64,000 nucleotides of DNA, from IMG/VR virus record IMGVR_UViG_2728368993_000001, positions 32,001 to 96,000 of that record. One strand, 5' to 3'. This DNA is from a virus (Duplodnaviria > Caudoviricetes). A model generated the notes under the pieces. The model was not told the origin of the DNA. It searched no databases and saw nothing but the letters and a program-made list of their open reading frames with translations. This document shows, in pieces, positions 19,352 through 29,969 of this stretch. Both the position numbers and the translations under genes were made by a program. Positions within the stretch are counted from its first letter, which is position 1. The number at the start of each line of letters is the position of its first letter.

Positions 19352-20079
19352 TTTCAGAGATGATCGCAAGCTATTATGACATTGATAATCAAGAAACAAT
19401 AGAGTAATTTGCTTTTGATTTTTTCCCAAATACAAACACACTTGCGATTCGGTAAAATCGAATGAAGAACAGATGAACAAGATTCTCAAAAATATAAAAT
19501 AACAATTTTAAGATAGCCTCACTGTAGGCTTTTCTTTTAACCCGAATCAGAACATACATTCCCCAAAAGGGTTTTAAAATGCAAAAAAAAATATTAAACA
19601 CGTTAATTTAAATGCTGAGATTGATAGATGCAAAAACAAAGATGAAGAAATGATTAAAATACCAATTTTTAATTCTGTCAGGTACATCAATGGTGAACTA
19701 ATAGGTGAACTAGACGGGTACTCTGATGTAACAGATGTAGAAATTCATTTTGACAGAAACGAATTCAAGCACTAGACAAAGATAACGGATTTGTAACAGG
19801 ATGGAGTGGTTTCAAAATATCACTTATCGTTTTAGAATTCAAGAAAATTAATTAATAAGGTGAATTTTGTCACGCGCGTATCATCATCTATATTATTATT
19901 CTCTTTCTTATTCTTAGTTCTTAGTTCTTAGTTCTTCTTCTTCCCCCCTAGTCTATGGATAGTCTATGCATACCCTATCCATATTGTTTATATAGGATAT
20001 GCATACGGTATCTATACCCTGTTTATACCGTATGCAAAGAGTATATATAGATCATAAAATTGAAAGGTAGTAGAATATT

Positions 20080-21274
20080 TTGTCATATTTTCAAAAGGTA
20101 CCTGCGAAAAATAAACAAGGTTACAAATGGAAGTGTACTGAAGAAGGTCCAAGGAATTCAGCGACAGGGAAAAGAACTCAAATTACTCGTCGTGCAGATA
20201 CAAAGAAAGAAGCTTCACTTAAGGTTGATCTTGCGTTACAAGAACTCCAATTGAACAATGGACAGTCTTACAATAAAAATATATCGTTTAAAGACTATTT
20301 ATCAGATTGGTTAGTAACATACAAAAAACATACTGTTAAAGAAAATACTTATAAACTTCATGAACGAAATGTTCATAAAAAAAATTATCCCTTTAATCGG
20401 ACATATGAAAATAGCAGACTTAACCCCTACTCATTATCAAAAAATTATTAATGCACTATCTGAGCAAGATATTAGTAAAAGGACCGTTGAAATTATTCAC
20501 ACAACGCTTTCAAATGCCATGAATAAAGCAGTGTCGCTTGAAATAATTATGAAAAACCCTTGTTCCCGCGTCACGATCCCAGATAAAACTATCAACAAAA
20601 TTAAAGAGGACGATGATCTAGTGTATCTGACCAAGGATGAAGTTTTTAGATTTTTGGAGGCTGCCATTCAAGATAACTGGAAGTATTATATTTTATTTAA
20701 AACATTAATCGACACTGGTTTAAGAAAAGGAGAAGCTCTTGCACTTCAAATCCAAGACTTAGATTTCTCATCTAGTAAAATCAAAATATATAAAACATTA
20801 AATTATGACGTCAACCAAATAGAAAAAATGTTTGGACCACCTAAAACTGAAACATCCTACAGGAAAGTATTAATAAATAATGATCTTTCAACTTTGTTGT
20901 CTAAACATCTTATTAAGCAAAAAGAAATTAAATTGAAATTAGCAGACAGATACCATAGTGAAACGAATCTTGTGTTTGACCGTGGAGACGGTCTTCCCTT
21001 TGCTAAATCCACATTACAAAGATCATTTAATCGAATATGCAAAAATGCCGGAATTTCAAAACATATAACTATTCACGGATTGCGACACACGCACGCAGTT
21101 TTGCTTCTTGAATCCGGGGCTAGCTTAAAAGAAGTCCAAGAACGTTTGGGTCATAAATCGATTCAGACTGCTGCGGATGTATATGTACAGGTCTCTAAAG
21201 TTTTGGAAGTAAGAAGCGTTGATAATTATTCAAAATACATGGATTATGAACAAAAGAAATATGAAATAAAATGA
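20080..21274 (+). pseudogene. phage tyrosine integrase with a +1 frameshift in an A8 run (20377-20384)
   Basis: Arm-binding N-domain ORF plus catalytic ORF (TGLRKGE, HGLRHTH, LGH, DVY); removing one A joins them as HKKIIPLIG. Confidence 0.88.
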
Positions 21275-21330
21275 AATGTGGTCAAAATGTGGTCAATTAG
21301 AATTTTGCCGAGTATTCCACAATAAATATA

Positions 21331-21371
21331 AAAGCCTTGGTTACTGATAAACTCAGTAATACCAAGGCTTT
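21331..21371. terminator. bidirectional terminator between the integrase and glnA
   Basis: AAAGCCTTGGTTACTGA...TCAGTAATACCAAGGCTTT. Confidence 0.75.
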
Positions 21372-21378
21372 CATTTGA

Positions 21379-22719
21379 TTAGTACATGTTCATATATTGC
21401 TCGCGTTCCCATGGGTGAACTTGTGTTCTAAACATATCCCACTCAATCTCTTTTGCTTCAATGAAATGTTCTAATAAGTGATCACCTAGAGCGTCCATAA
21501 TCACTCCATCTTCTTTTAATTTTTCCAATGCAGCAAATAATGTTGCAGGAAGATCTACGATACCATTTTCTTCGCGTTCTTCTTTAGTCATTACATAAAT
21601 GTTACGGTCAATCGGAGCTGGTGGAGTCATTTTATTCTTAATCCCATCAAGACCTGCTTTCAGTATGACAGCAAGTGCTAAATACGGATTAGCTGCTGGG
21701 TCAACACTTCGTACTTCAACACGAGTGCTTATTCCACGAGAAGCCGGAATACGTACAAGTGGGCTACGGTTCTGAGCTGACCACGCAACATAGCAAGGTG
21801 CTTCATAACCCGGTACTAAACGTTTATACGAGTTAACGGTTGGGTTCGTTACAGCAGTAAAGTTCGGAGCATGCTTAATGATCCCTGCAATGAATTGTTC
21901 AGCCGTTTCACTTAATTGGAGGTTACCTGATTTGTCATAGAATGCATTCTCACCATCTTTAAATAAAGATACGTTACAGTGCATACCAGATCCACTTACT
22001 CCGAACAGTGGTTTTGGCATAAATGTTGCATGCAAACCATGTTTACGAGCAATTGTTTTTACTACAAGTTTGAACGTTTGAATATTATCACAAGCACTCA
22101 CGGCATCTGCATATTTAAAATCGATTTCATGCTGACCTGGTGCTACTTCATGATGAGAAGCTTCTATTTCAAAGCCCATTTCTTCTAGTTCAAGTACGAT
22201 ATCACGACGGCAATTTTCACCTGAATCTGTTGGTGCAAGGTCGAAATAACCACCTCTATCATTTAATTCAAGTGTAGGTTCACCATTAGCATCCAATTTG
22301 AATAGGAAGAATTCTGGCTCTGGTCCAAGATTAAACTCTGTAAAGCCCATTTCTTTCGCTTCAGCTAGGACTCGTTTCAGATTGGTACGTGGATCACCAC
22401 TAAAAGGAGTTCCTTCTGTCGTATATATATCACAGATTAAACGTGCAACTTTCCCTTTTTCTGAAGTCCACGGAAAAATCACCCATGTATTAAGGTCTGG
22501 TTGTAATAACATATCAGATTCTTCGATACGCACAAACCCTTCAATTGAAGAACCATCGAACATCATTTTATTATCTAGTGCTTTATTTAACTGACTTACT
22601 GGGATTTCTACGTTTTTAACTGTTCCTAGAATATCCGTAAATTGGAGTCGAATATATTTCACATTTTCCTCTTTGGCCAAACGAATAATATCTTCACGAG
22701 TATACTTTACCATGAACAA
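21379..22719 (-). CDS. glnA: glutamine synthetase type I
   Basis: [50 protein letters not shown] motifs. Confidence 0.99.
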   Translation of the reverse strand: MFMVKYTREDIIRLAKEENVKYIRLQFTDILGTVKNVEIPVSQLNKALDNKMMFDGSSIEGFVRIEESDMLLQPDLNTWVIFPWTSEKGKVARLICDIYTTEGTPFSGDPRTNLKRVLAEAKEMGFTEFNLGPEPEFFLFKLDANGEPTLELNDRGGYFDLAPTDSGENCRRDIVLELEEMGFEIEASHHEVAPGQHEIDFKYADAVSACDNIQTFKLVVKTIARKHGLHATFMPKPLFGVSGSGMHCNVSLFKDGENAFYDKSGNLQLSETAEQFIAGIIKHAPNFTAVTNPTVNSYKRLVPGYEAPCYVAWSAQNRSPLVRIPASRGISTRVEVRSVDPAANPYLALAVILKAGLDGIKNKMTPPAPIDRNIYVMTKEEREENGIVDLPATLFAALEKLKEDGVIMDALGDHLLEHFIEAKEIEWDMFRTQVHPWEREQYMNMY

Positions 22720-22751
22720 CTTCCTCTCTTAATTCTGTTTTTTGATTTTAT

Positions 22752-23165
22752 TTAATGAAAAAATCTGGACATATCTCCTTGACGCAGCGTTGTGCGATGT
22801 CTGCCACCATGCAAAAGTTCTGATTTTAAAAGCTTCCGCAATTCTCCGTCACTGAGATCTTTCCTAATTTCTTCTGACTTCTGAATCGGTTTATTCGAAA
22901 CAAGTTCCGTTTCATTTACAATTATAAGTTTCTTAATACCGGCTAAGTTGACACCTTGTTCTAGTAGATCTTTTATCTCTAAGAGACGATCTATATCATT
23001 CAAGGAAAACAGTCGCCTATTTCCATCTGTTCTCATAGGAGTAATTAATTGATGCTCTTCGTAATAACGAATTTGACGAGCGGACAATTCGGTAAGCTGC
23101 ATGACAATTCCAATTGAGAAAAGAGGCATAGAACGCCGAATGTTGCTACTACTCATCTTCAGCAT
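22752..23165 (-). CDS. glnR: MerR-family nitrogen regulator GlnR
   Basis: [27 protein letters not shown]; C-terminal QGDMSRF; upstream of glnA. Confidence 0.97.
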   Translation of the reverse strand: MLKMSSSNIRRSMPLFSIGIVMQLTELSARQIRYYEEHQLITPMRTDGNRRLFSLNDIDRLLEIKDLLEQGVNLAGIKKLIIVNETELVSNKPIQKSEEIRKDLSDGELRKLLKSELLHGGRHRTTLRQGDMSRFFH

Positions 23166-23224
23166 CCTCCTTATTGGTTTTCTTATTTATATTATATTAA
23201 ATGTTAGATTTGTTGTCAATCATA

Positions 23225-23241
23225 TGTTACATTTCCTAACA
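23225..23241. promoter_or_regulatory. GlnR/TnrA operator
   Basis: TGTTA-CATTTCC-TAACA matches TGTNA-N7-TNACA, upstream of glnR. Confidence 0.85.
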
Positions 23242-23342
23242 TGTTTTTATTTTAGTTTTTTTAAAACAGAATTGCTCATAAAAGTTTTGCAACCCATTCG
23301 TATGAAGACGCAATTTCACACACTTTCCATCATAACCTTCCC

Positions 23343-24605
23343 CTAGATAAGTTTCTTGTCAATCAAGGAGTCTACCGCTGTTAACACAGCAATTTTTACA
23401 TGTTCGTACGTTAACCCGCCTTGAACATATGCTACATATGGTGGGCGAGTAGGACCATCTGCTGTCAATTCAATACTTGCCCCTTGAATAAATGTACCTG
23501 CTGCCATAATAACATCATCAACATATCCCGGCATATAATTAGGATAAGGTGTAACATGAGAATTTATCGGTGAGGCATATTGGATCGCTTGACAAAACGC
23601 CACCATTTTATCCTTATCATCAAATTGAACAGATTGAATTAAATCCGTTCGCTTTGCATTCCATTTCGGTGAGGTGTTCATACCCAACATTTCAAGTAAT
23701 GCTGATGTAAAAACCGCACCCTTTAAAGCTTGACCGACTACATGAGGTGCGAGAAAGAAGCCTTGATACATTTCTTGAAGGCTGTAAAGAGACGCTCCTG
23801 CTTCCGCTCCAATACCTGGCGAAGTTAAACGGTAGGAACACGCTTCAACATATTCTTTTTTTCCGACGATATAGCCGCCTGTTTTTACAAGGCCACCACC
23901 TGGGTTTTTTATTAAAGAACCTGCAATTAAATCCGCACCTACATGACACGGCTCTTTATCCTCAACAAACTCTCCATAACAGTTGTCAACAAAAACAACT
24001 AGGTTAGGGTTAATATCTTTTACAAACGATATCATTTCTTCAATTTCAGATATCATAAAGGATGGCCGTGTTGCGTATCCTTTCGAACGTTGAATACCAA
24101 TCATCTTTGTTTGTGGAGTAATTGCTTTTTTCACAGCATTGAAGTCTATTCCCCCTTCATCCGTCAACATAACAGAATTATAATCAATATTAAATTCTTT
24201 TAATGAACCGATTCCCGTACCACGAATCCCTACTATTTCTTCTAATGTGTCATAAGGCTTGCCTGTTATGTATAATAGCTCATCTCCCGGCCGTAGAATA
24301 CCAAACAATGCAATGGAAATCGCATGAGTTCCGGAAATGATTTGCGGTCGTACTAGACCTGCTTCTCCACCAAATACCTCACTATAAATTTTTTCTAATG
24401 TATCTCTTCCATAATCATCATATCCATACCCTGTAGTAGGAATAAAATGCGAATCACTTACTCTATTGCTTTGGAAGCTTTGTAAAACACGAAACTGGTT
24501 TAGCTCCATCATTGTATGAATATCTTGGTGTATTGGGGCTATTTGAGCTTCAGCCTGTTCTGTTAATTTTTTAAGTCTATCTCCATTCGTTAAATGCTGA
24601 TACAT
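23343..24605 (-). CDS. ynbB: PLP-dependent methionine gamma-lyase-like / aluminium-resistance family protein
   Basis: TGYGYDD.GRD, ISGTHAI, FVDNCYGEF, AGSLIKNPGGG; conserved position before glnRA. Start taken at ATG 24605. Confidence 0.92.
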   Translation of the reverse strand: MYQHLTNGDRLKKLTEQAEAQIAPIHQDIHTMMELNQFRVLQSFQSNRVSDSHFIPTTGYGYDDYGRDTLEKIYSEVFGGEAGLVRPQIISGTHAISIALFGILRPGDELLYITGKPYDTLEEIVGIRGTGIGSLKEFNIDYNSVMLTDEGGIDFNAVKKAITPQTKMIGIQRSKGYATRPSFMISEIEEMISFVKDINPNLVVFVDNCYGEFVEDKEPCHVGADLIAGSLIKNPGGGLVKTGGYIVGKKEYVEACSYRLTSPGIGAEAGASLYSLQEMYQGFFLAPHVVGQALKGAVFTSALLEMLGMNTSPKWNAKRTDLIQSVQFDDKDKMVAFCQAIQYASPINSHVTPYPNYMPGYVDDVIMAAGTFIQGASIELTADGPTRPPYVAYVQGGLTYEHVKIAVLTAVDSLIDKKLI

Positions 24606-24946
24606 GTTGAGTCTCCTTCTTATTCCAATCATTAAAATCAGATTTTTAAGATAAAGTAGTGATGAATGTCCTAATCATAACAAATGAACATACCCTTTCA
24701 CAATTCATCCTAATAAAACAGTCATGAGCATCCTGAACCCAACTAAAGCGTAAAAAAAGATTCAGGTTCTCAAATTGCATCACCTTATAAAGGTGGTGGC
24801 GCGAAGCTAATTTTGCGAAGTCCCGCCCCTTTTCCACAGAAAAGTCGTTAATAATCATAACACCTTCTAAGCTTGTTAGCAGTAGAAAACTCTTGAAAAA
24901 CCAGTGATTTCTGCTAAAATCAGATAGGTTATCATAAAATAGAATA

Positions 24947-25579
24947 ATGAAAGAACAGCGAGGAATTCCGATGACATGGGAAATATTAACAATAATTGGC
25001 ACGATTGCTTTTGCTATAAGCGGCGCAATTATTGCGATGGAAGAAGAATATGATATATTAGGCGTTTATATTTTGGGAGTCGTCACCGCTTTTGGCGGGG
25101 GAGCCTTACGAAATCTATTAATTGGTGTTCCCGTTTCCGCGTTATGGGATCAAGGTACAAACTTTATTATTGCAATAGTATCTATAACAATTGTATTTCT
25201 CTTCCCCAAAAATTTATTAAAACATTGGAAAACATGGGGCAATTTTACTGATTCAATTGGGCTCTCAGCTTTTGCCATTCAAGGAGCACTTTACGCCATT
25301 GACTTAAATCGGCCTTTAAGCGCCGTTCTCGTAGCTGCCGTACTTACAGGTTGTGGCGGCGGAATGATTCGAGATTTATTAGCGCATAGAAAACCGCTTG
25401 TTTTGAAGGATGAAATATACGCTTTATGGGCAATTATTTGTGGCCTTTTCATAGGTCTCAACAGTTCTATAGAACCTTGGCAGTTATACAGCTTATTCCT
25501 TGCGATTACAGCATTAAGAGTTCTTTCCTACTCGTACAACTGGAAACTTCCGGCAAGGAATATTAAACAATACAACTGA
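24947..25579 (+). CDS. TRIC/UPF0126 (YadS-like) membrane protein
   Basis: Duplicated GTIAFAISGA...TAFGGG.LR / TGCGGGMIRD motifs. Confidence 0.9.
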   Translation: MKEQRGIPMTWEILTIIGTIAFAISGAIIAMEEEYDILGVYILGVVTAFGGGALRNLLIGVPVSALWDQGTNFIIAIVSITIVFLFPKNLLKHWKTWGNFTDSIGLSAFAIQGALYAIDLNRPLSAVLVAAVLTGCGGGMIRDLLAHRKPLVLKDEIYALWAIICGLFIGLNSSIEPWQLYSLFLAITALRVLSYSYNWKLPARNIKQYN

Positions 25580-25725
25580 TTGTTAGTATATTATATAAGG
25601 TGAATTTAAATGAATTAGGGCTGCACTTTAGGCATTTCTCATCTCCTAAAAGCAGCCCTTTTCTAATATTCATCAAGAATATTGTTTTCTTTTAGACAAT
25701 TTCTACTTAGTAAATCGGGTTTACT

Positions 25726-26043
25726 TTTATCTCACTTTAACAGACAATACCCCTCAAATTTACGAGGAACAAAGAAGATAGGTAGGGACACACTGCCCGT
25801 AAAGGTTCGATAGGTGAGATACAGTGAAACTTACCTTTGTGGTTTTCAATAGGTATAGTTGAGGCCACAGAAAGTGGTCACACAGATATTGCCACAGGAC
25901 GCGGCGTACTTAGTCTACGATTCATTGAATCAGGTTCGTAGAGTCGCTTTATCGAAGCGTAGCGGAGATATGAGCGACTCTAGAACGGGACTAACAATCA
26001 GTAGGGATGAAGAAAAACCCCACTGATTAAAGTTTCACTTTAT
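25726..26043. mobile_element. bcr1-like miniature repeat element with a nested insertion
   Basis: Ends in AATCAGTAGGGATGAAGAAAAACCCCACTGATTAAAGTTTCACTTTAT, has internal CTGCCCGTAAA, and is flanked by TTTAT at 25726 and 26039. Similarity to B. cereus bcr1 is from recall, not from an alignment. Confidence 0.6.
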
Positions 26044-27006
26044 CTATTCTTCATCTTCATCAAAAACAAGGTCCTGACTCCTTAAGGTCACAAGGTCTCC
26101 TCGATCATATGAATCTTCAAGCAATAACCGCATCGCTTGTGACCGTATTGATTTTTCAATAATATTTCGAATATAACGACCATTTGAAAAAGACACCAAT
26201 CTCGGATCGGCCTTGATTACGATTAAATGCTCATTCAATTTACGCTCCGCATCCCTGCTAAGTACATATTCCCGATCATCGATCATTCTTTGTCCGATTT
26301 CCATCAATTGTTCAATCGAATAATCCGGAAAGTCTACCACAATAGGAAATCTTGAATGAAGACCAGGATTCAGGGTTAGGAAATGATCCATCTCCTTTGA
26401 ATAACCGGCCAGGATTAATATGAATTCGTGCTGACGATCTTCCATATGCTTTACAAGCGTATCAATTGCTTCTTTCCCAAAATCCTTTTCTCCTCCTCTA
26501 CCAAGAGAATAGGCTTCATCAATAAACAAGATTCCGCCGATTGCTTTTTTAATTAAATCACGAGTTTTTTGAGCTGTATGCCCAATATACTCACCTACAA
26601 GATCCGCTCTTTCCACTTCAATTAAATGACCTTTAGATAAAACATTCATCTTATGGAACAGCCTGCCGATTAACCTAGCTACTGAAGTTTTCCCTGTTCC
26701 TGGGTTACCTTTAAACATCATATGAAGAGCTTGCCGTCCGGCCTTCAACCCTCGCTCTTCTCGTTTCTTATTCACATAAATCCATGCGTATATTTCTTTA
26801 ATCATCCGTTTCATTTCATCCATCCCAACCAATTCTCCCAGTTCCTCTTCTATTTCTTTCAGCGCTATATGTTGAGGAGGAATATCTTGATCGTGCCTTT
26901 CACGTATCGGCGGATCTTTCGGTATAGGCTTCCGCTTTTGTCCATTTAAGACAATATTAATCTGTCCGTTATTTTTTTTACGGATCGGTTGTTCCAATGT
27001 ATTCAC
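26044..27006 (-). CDS. spoVK: stage V sporulation protein K (AAA+ ATPase)
   Basis: LHMMFKGNPGTGKT, ERADLVGEYIGHTAQKT, LFIDEAYSL motifs. Confidence 0.95.
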   Translation of the reverse strand: MNTLEQPIRKKNNGQINIVLNGQKRKPIPKDPPIRERHDQDIPPQHIALKEIEEELGELVGMDEMKRMIKEIYAWIYVNKKREERGLKAGRQALHMMFKGNPGTGKTSVARLIGRLFHKMNVLSKGHLIEVERADLVGEYIGHTAQKTRDLIKKAIGGILFIDEAYSLGRGGEKDFGKEAIDTLVKHMEDRQHEFILILAGYSKEMDHFLTLNPGLHSRFPIVVDFPDYSIEQLMEIGQRMIDDREYVLSRDAERKLNEHLIVIKADPRLVSFSNGRYIRNIIEKSIRSQAMRLLLEDSYDRGDLVTLRSQDLVFDEDEE

Positions 27007-27459
27007 CTCTCATAGAACGATTAGAAATGACAAACTCTCTTAATGTTCGCCAATTATTTTGTTTTTCCATAATTAAATGAGAATCATGTCATTTCCTGCG
27101 CTTTCCCAAGAAATAATCCCTCATTTATTTATATTCACGAACGAGTTACATCAGTAGTATTTGTTAAAAATAGTACAGCACAACAAAAGAGCAAACATAA
27201 GAAAAGCCAAGAAGGTGTGTTTTTCCTTCTTGAAGCTTATTATCTTTTCTACAGCTTTATCGGGTACTGGAACTAGAAAGACTAGACCTTCGTGGGGCTT
27301 CAATACGAAAAATGAAGCACGCGACTTGGATTAAACACCCCATTTTAATGAACTACAACTTCACCACAACTATATTTTCTAGACCAAATAAAAATCCCCA
27401 CTTAAAAACAGAAGAATGGTTCTGTTTTTAAGTAGGGATCGTTGTACGTATAATTCCAT

Positions 27460-27693
27460 TTATTCTTTTGCTTCAAAATCAATTTGCACATTTTTTTGTG
27501 GAGCAAAAGTGGAAATCGCATGTTTAAAGACCAACTGCTGCTTTCCTTCAGATTCAAATAAAACGGTAAAGTTATCGAATCCTTTAACAAGTCCTCTAAT
27601 TTGAAAACCATTTAATAAAAAAACAGTCACATATGTACTATCTTTTCTTAACTGATTTAAAAATTGATCTTGAATATTTACTTGTTTCATCAT
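27460..27693 (-). CDS. hfq: RNA chaperone Hfq
   Basis: [12 protein letters not shown]...[10 protein letters not shown]...FDNFTV...KHAISTF. Confidence 0.97.
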   Translation of the reverse strand: MMKQVNIQDQFLNQLRKDSTYVTVFLLNGFQIRGLVKGFDNFTVLFESEGKQQLVFKHAISTFAPQKNVQIDFEAKE

Positions 27694-27718
27694 TATTCCT
27701 CCTCATTCTCTCTATGTA

Positions 27719-28684
27719 TTACATATTCGCGTTAAGTGATAGCTTTCCTGCTATATATGTGGATATTTCTTCAGAAACAAATGAATTATTTCCCTGTTCC
27801 TGCACCTCATACCATTTTACATCCATTTTATTACGAAACCAAGTAAGTTGACGCTTAGCGTAGCGTCGTGAATTTTGTTTTAATGCTTCAACTGATTCAT
27901 CGATCGTTAACCTATCATCGAAGTAATCGTATAATTCCTTATATCCAATTGCCTGTATCGACTGACAATCTCTCAAACCTTGTTCATGAAAGCTCTTTAC
28001 TTCTTCCATTAATCCCTGTTCCACCATAACATCAACGCGGTGGTTAATCCGCCGATAAAGTGCTTCACGGTTCATCGTCAAGCCGATAAGAGCTGTATCA
28101 TACTTTAATTCGGATGTTTGCTTTTCGAGTTGATTAGACATCGTGATTCCTGTGCAATAATAAATTTCCAACGCTCGAATAATGCGCCTAATATTGTTAG
28201 GATGAATTCTCTCAGCACTTTCAGGGTCAATTGACCGAAGCTTCTCAATAAGAGGTTCAATTCCATCTGTTTCCACAATAGATTCTAGCCTTTTTCTATA
28301 TTCTAAATTAGAAGGGGCCTCTGAGAATTGATAGTCATAAATTACAGATTGAATGTACAAACCTGTACCTCCAACAATAATCGGCAGTTTACCACGCTTC
28401 TGAATATCTGCAATTGCCTGATTCGCTTGTTCTTGAAAATCAGCCGCACTAAATGATTCATTTGGTTCTTTAATATCCAGCAGAAAGTGAGGGATGCCCT
28501 CCATTTCTTTAGGTGTTATTTTGGCTGTTCCGATATCCATCCCTTTATAAACTTGCATAGAATCTCCACTTATAATTTCACCATTAAAACGCTTCGCCAT
28601 TTCTATACTCAGTTTTGTTTTCCCAACTGCTGTCGGGCCGATAATGACAAGTAACTTATTGTTCTCTTGTTCCAAAACATTCAC
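27719..28684 (-). CDS. miaA: tRNA dimethylallyltransferase
   Basis: GPTAVGKT, DSMQVYKGMDIGTAK, VGGTGLY, YAKRQLTWF motifs. Confidence 0.98.
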   Translation of the reverse strand: MNVLEQENNKLLVIIGPTAVGKTKLSIEMAKRFNGEIISGDSMQVYKGMDIGTAKITPKEMEGIPHFLLDIKEPNESFSAADFQEQANQAIADIQKRGKLPIIVGGTGLYIQSVIYDYQFSEAPSNLEYRKRLESIVETDGIEPLIEKLRSIDPESAERIHPNNIRRIIRALEIYYCTGITMSNQLEKQTSELKYDTALIGLTMNREALYRRINHRVDVMVEQGLMEEVKSFHEQGLRDCQSIQAIGYKELYDYFDDRLTIDESVEALKQNSRRYAKRQLTWFRNKMDVKWYEVQEQGNNSFVSEEISTYIAGKLSLNANM

Positions 28685-29100
28685 TGCCTTATTTAAGTTT
28701 TACTTTTCGTACGTTTAAAGCAGTCAAACATCATTCATCATAGACAAATGATAAATCGTTTATACCTATTAAACGCACGTAAAGTTATTTTCTCCAGACC
28801 GCATACACTAAATTAGTCTTACCTTTATAAACTACATCACACGTTTGATTTACGACTTTCATAATATTTCTTGGTCTTTCGATTTACGTTTATACATTAA
28901 GACTAACATAAATTTTTGTATATGGACAGACACCAACTTTCACTTTCGGACAGAAGAAATGTGGTCAATTAAGTGGTCACGTGTACGTTGATGGCACTTA
29001 GATAAATACATCATACCGCCCGTTTATTACAAGAGCTTCGCAAAATTTCGGATTACTTCACTTCCCTCTTTTTTGGCGTGTTTCTTCTATATAACATAGA

Positions 29101-29331
29101 TTGCAAACAATCTTAAAAGAAAACGGAATTAAACAGGGATTTATTGCTGATAAAGCAGGTGTCTCGCAAGGGACTTTCAGTTTAATTGTAAGGGGGAAAT
29201 CAGTTCCTACTTTACCTGTAGCAATTAGGATATCAAGAGTTGTTGGAAAATCAGTTGAGGAATTATGGGGTGACCAAGCTTTCAGGGGTTTGAAGCCAAA
29301 TGAAATTATTAAACAAACCAATTGCCATTAG
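29101..29331 (+). CDS. Cro/C1-type HTH protein (may be 5'-degraded)
   Basis: GIKQGFIADKAGVSQGTFSLIVRGKSVPTLPVAIRISRVVGKSVEELW. Confidence 0.7.
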   Translation: MQTILKENGIKQGFIADKAGVSQGTFSLIVRGKSVPTLPVAIRISRVVGKSVEELWGDQAFRGLKPNEIIKQTNCH

Positions 29332-29969
29332 TTTTTCTTGTTCAACGAATTACCTCATCATAGAAATATGGATACTTCTCTGACTTTATATGTACCTACA
29401 TCTTTTTCTCCATATTTGCGGAATCTTTACAGAACTTATGAGTAAGACCGTTTATGATATCAATCGTAACCCAATCATTTTCATTAAATGTTTTTCGGCA
29501 ATCCCTGCACTATGGGGTAGAGTCAGGGAAATGCGGATTTACAACGTTGATTGACTTGAGCCCTCTGTGGGTACAATTTATCCTGAAGCCTGAAGCAGTT
29601 TTCCCATCAGGCAACGAGCATATCTACCACTCTTTCGCTTACTGTCCTTGAAGTTTGGTCTGGAAGAAGCACATTTCCATACTAAACTTCAATGTTGTTT
29701 CTTTCTCCTGTTACCCAAGTCCATTTACTCATACCTTTGAATACGTTGAATACTATAAAAAATAACTGTAGATAATGTTTCCACAAATTTATAAATCTGG
29801 TCATTTTTGTATTATTACATTGAATACTGTAGATAAGGGCAGATTAGTTGAACGAGAAATACATATCGCAACAATAAAACTCGCCGAATGGGCGAGTTCT
29901 TTACGTAGCTTTACTACTTCTTTACTTTTTAACCTTTTAGGTTTGCATCTGTCATCTCATTCCAAAACC

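Larger units (their letters stand above)
769..21438. mobile_element. defective prophage integrated at the glnA 3' end
   Basis: Bounded by duplicated glnA 3' ends; integrase next to glnA; repressor/antirepressor, DnaD remnant, tail remnant, holin, amidase, YolD. No head, terminase or tape-measure genes. Confidence 0.88.

Noticed and set aside
24646-25002. 118-aa minus-strand ORF as an hflX remnant
   Set aside because: No GTPase motifs; the composition looks like translated intergenic DNA.
27255-27370. Possible IS200/IS605 end remnant or sRNA between hfq and spoVK
   Set aside because: Only short motif resemblance (GAAGCCCCACG, GTAGTTCA), with no transposase or tnpB sequence; cannot be supported.
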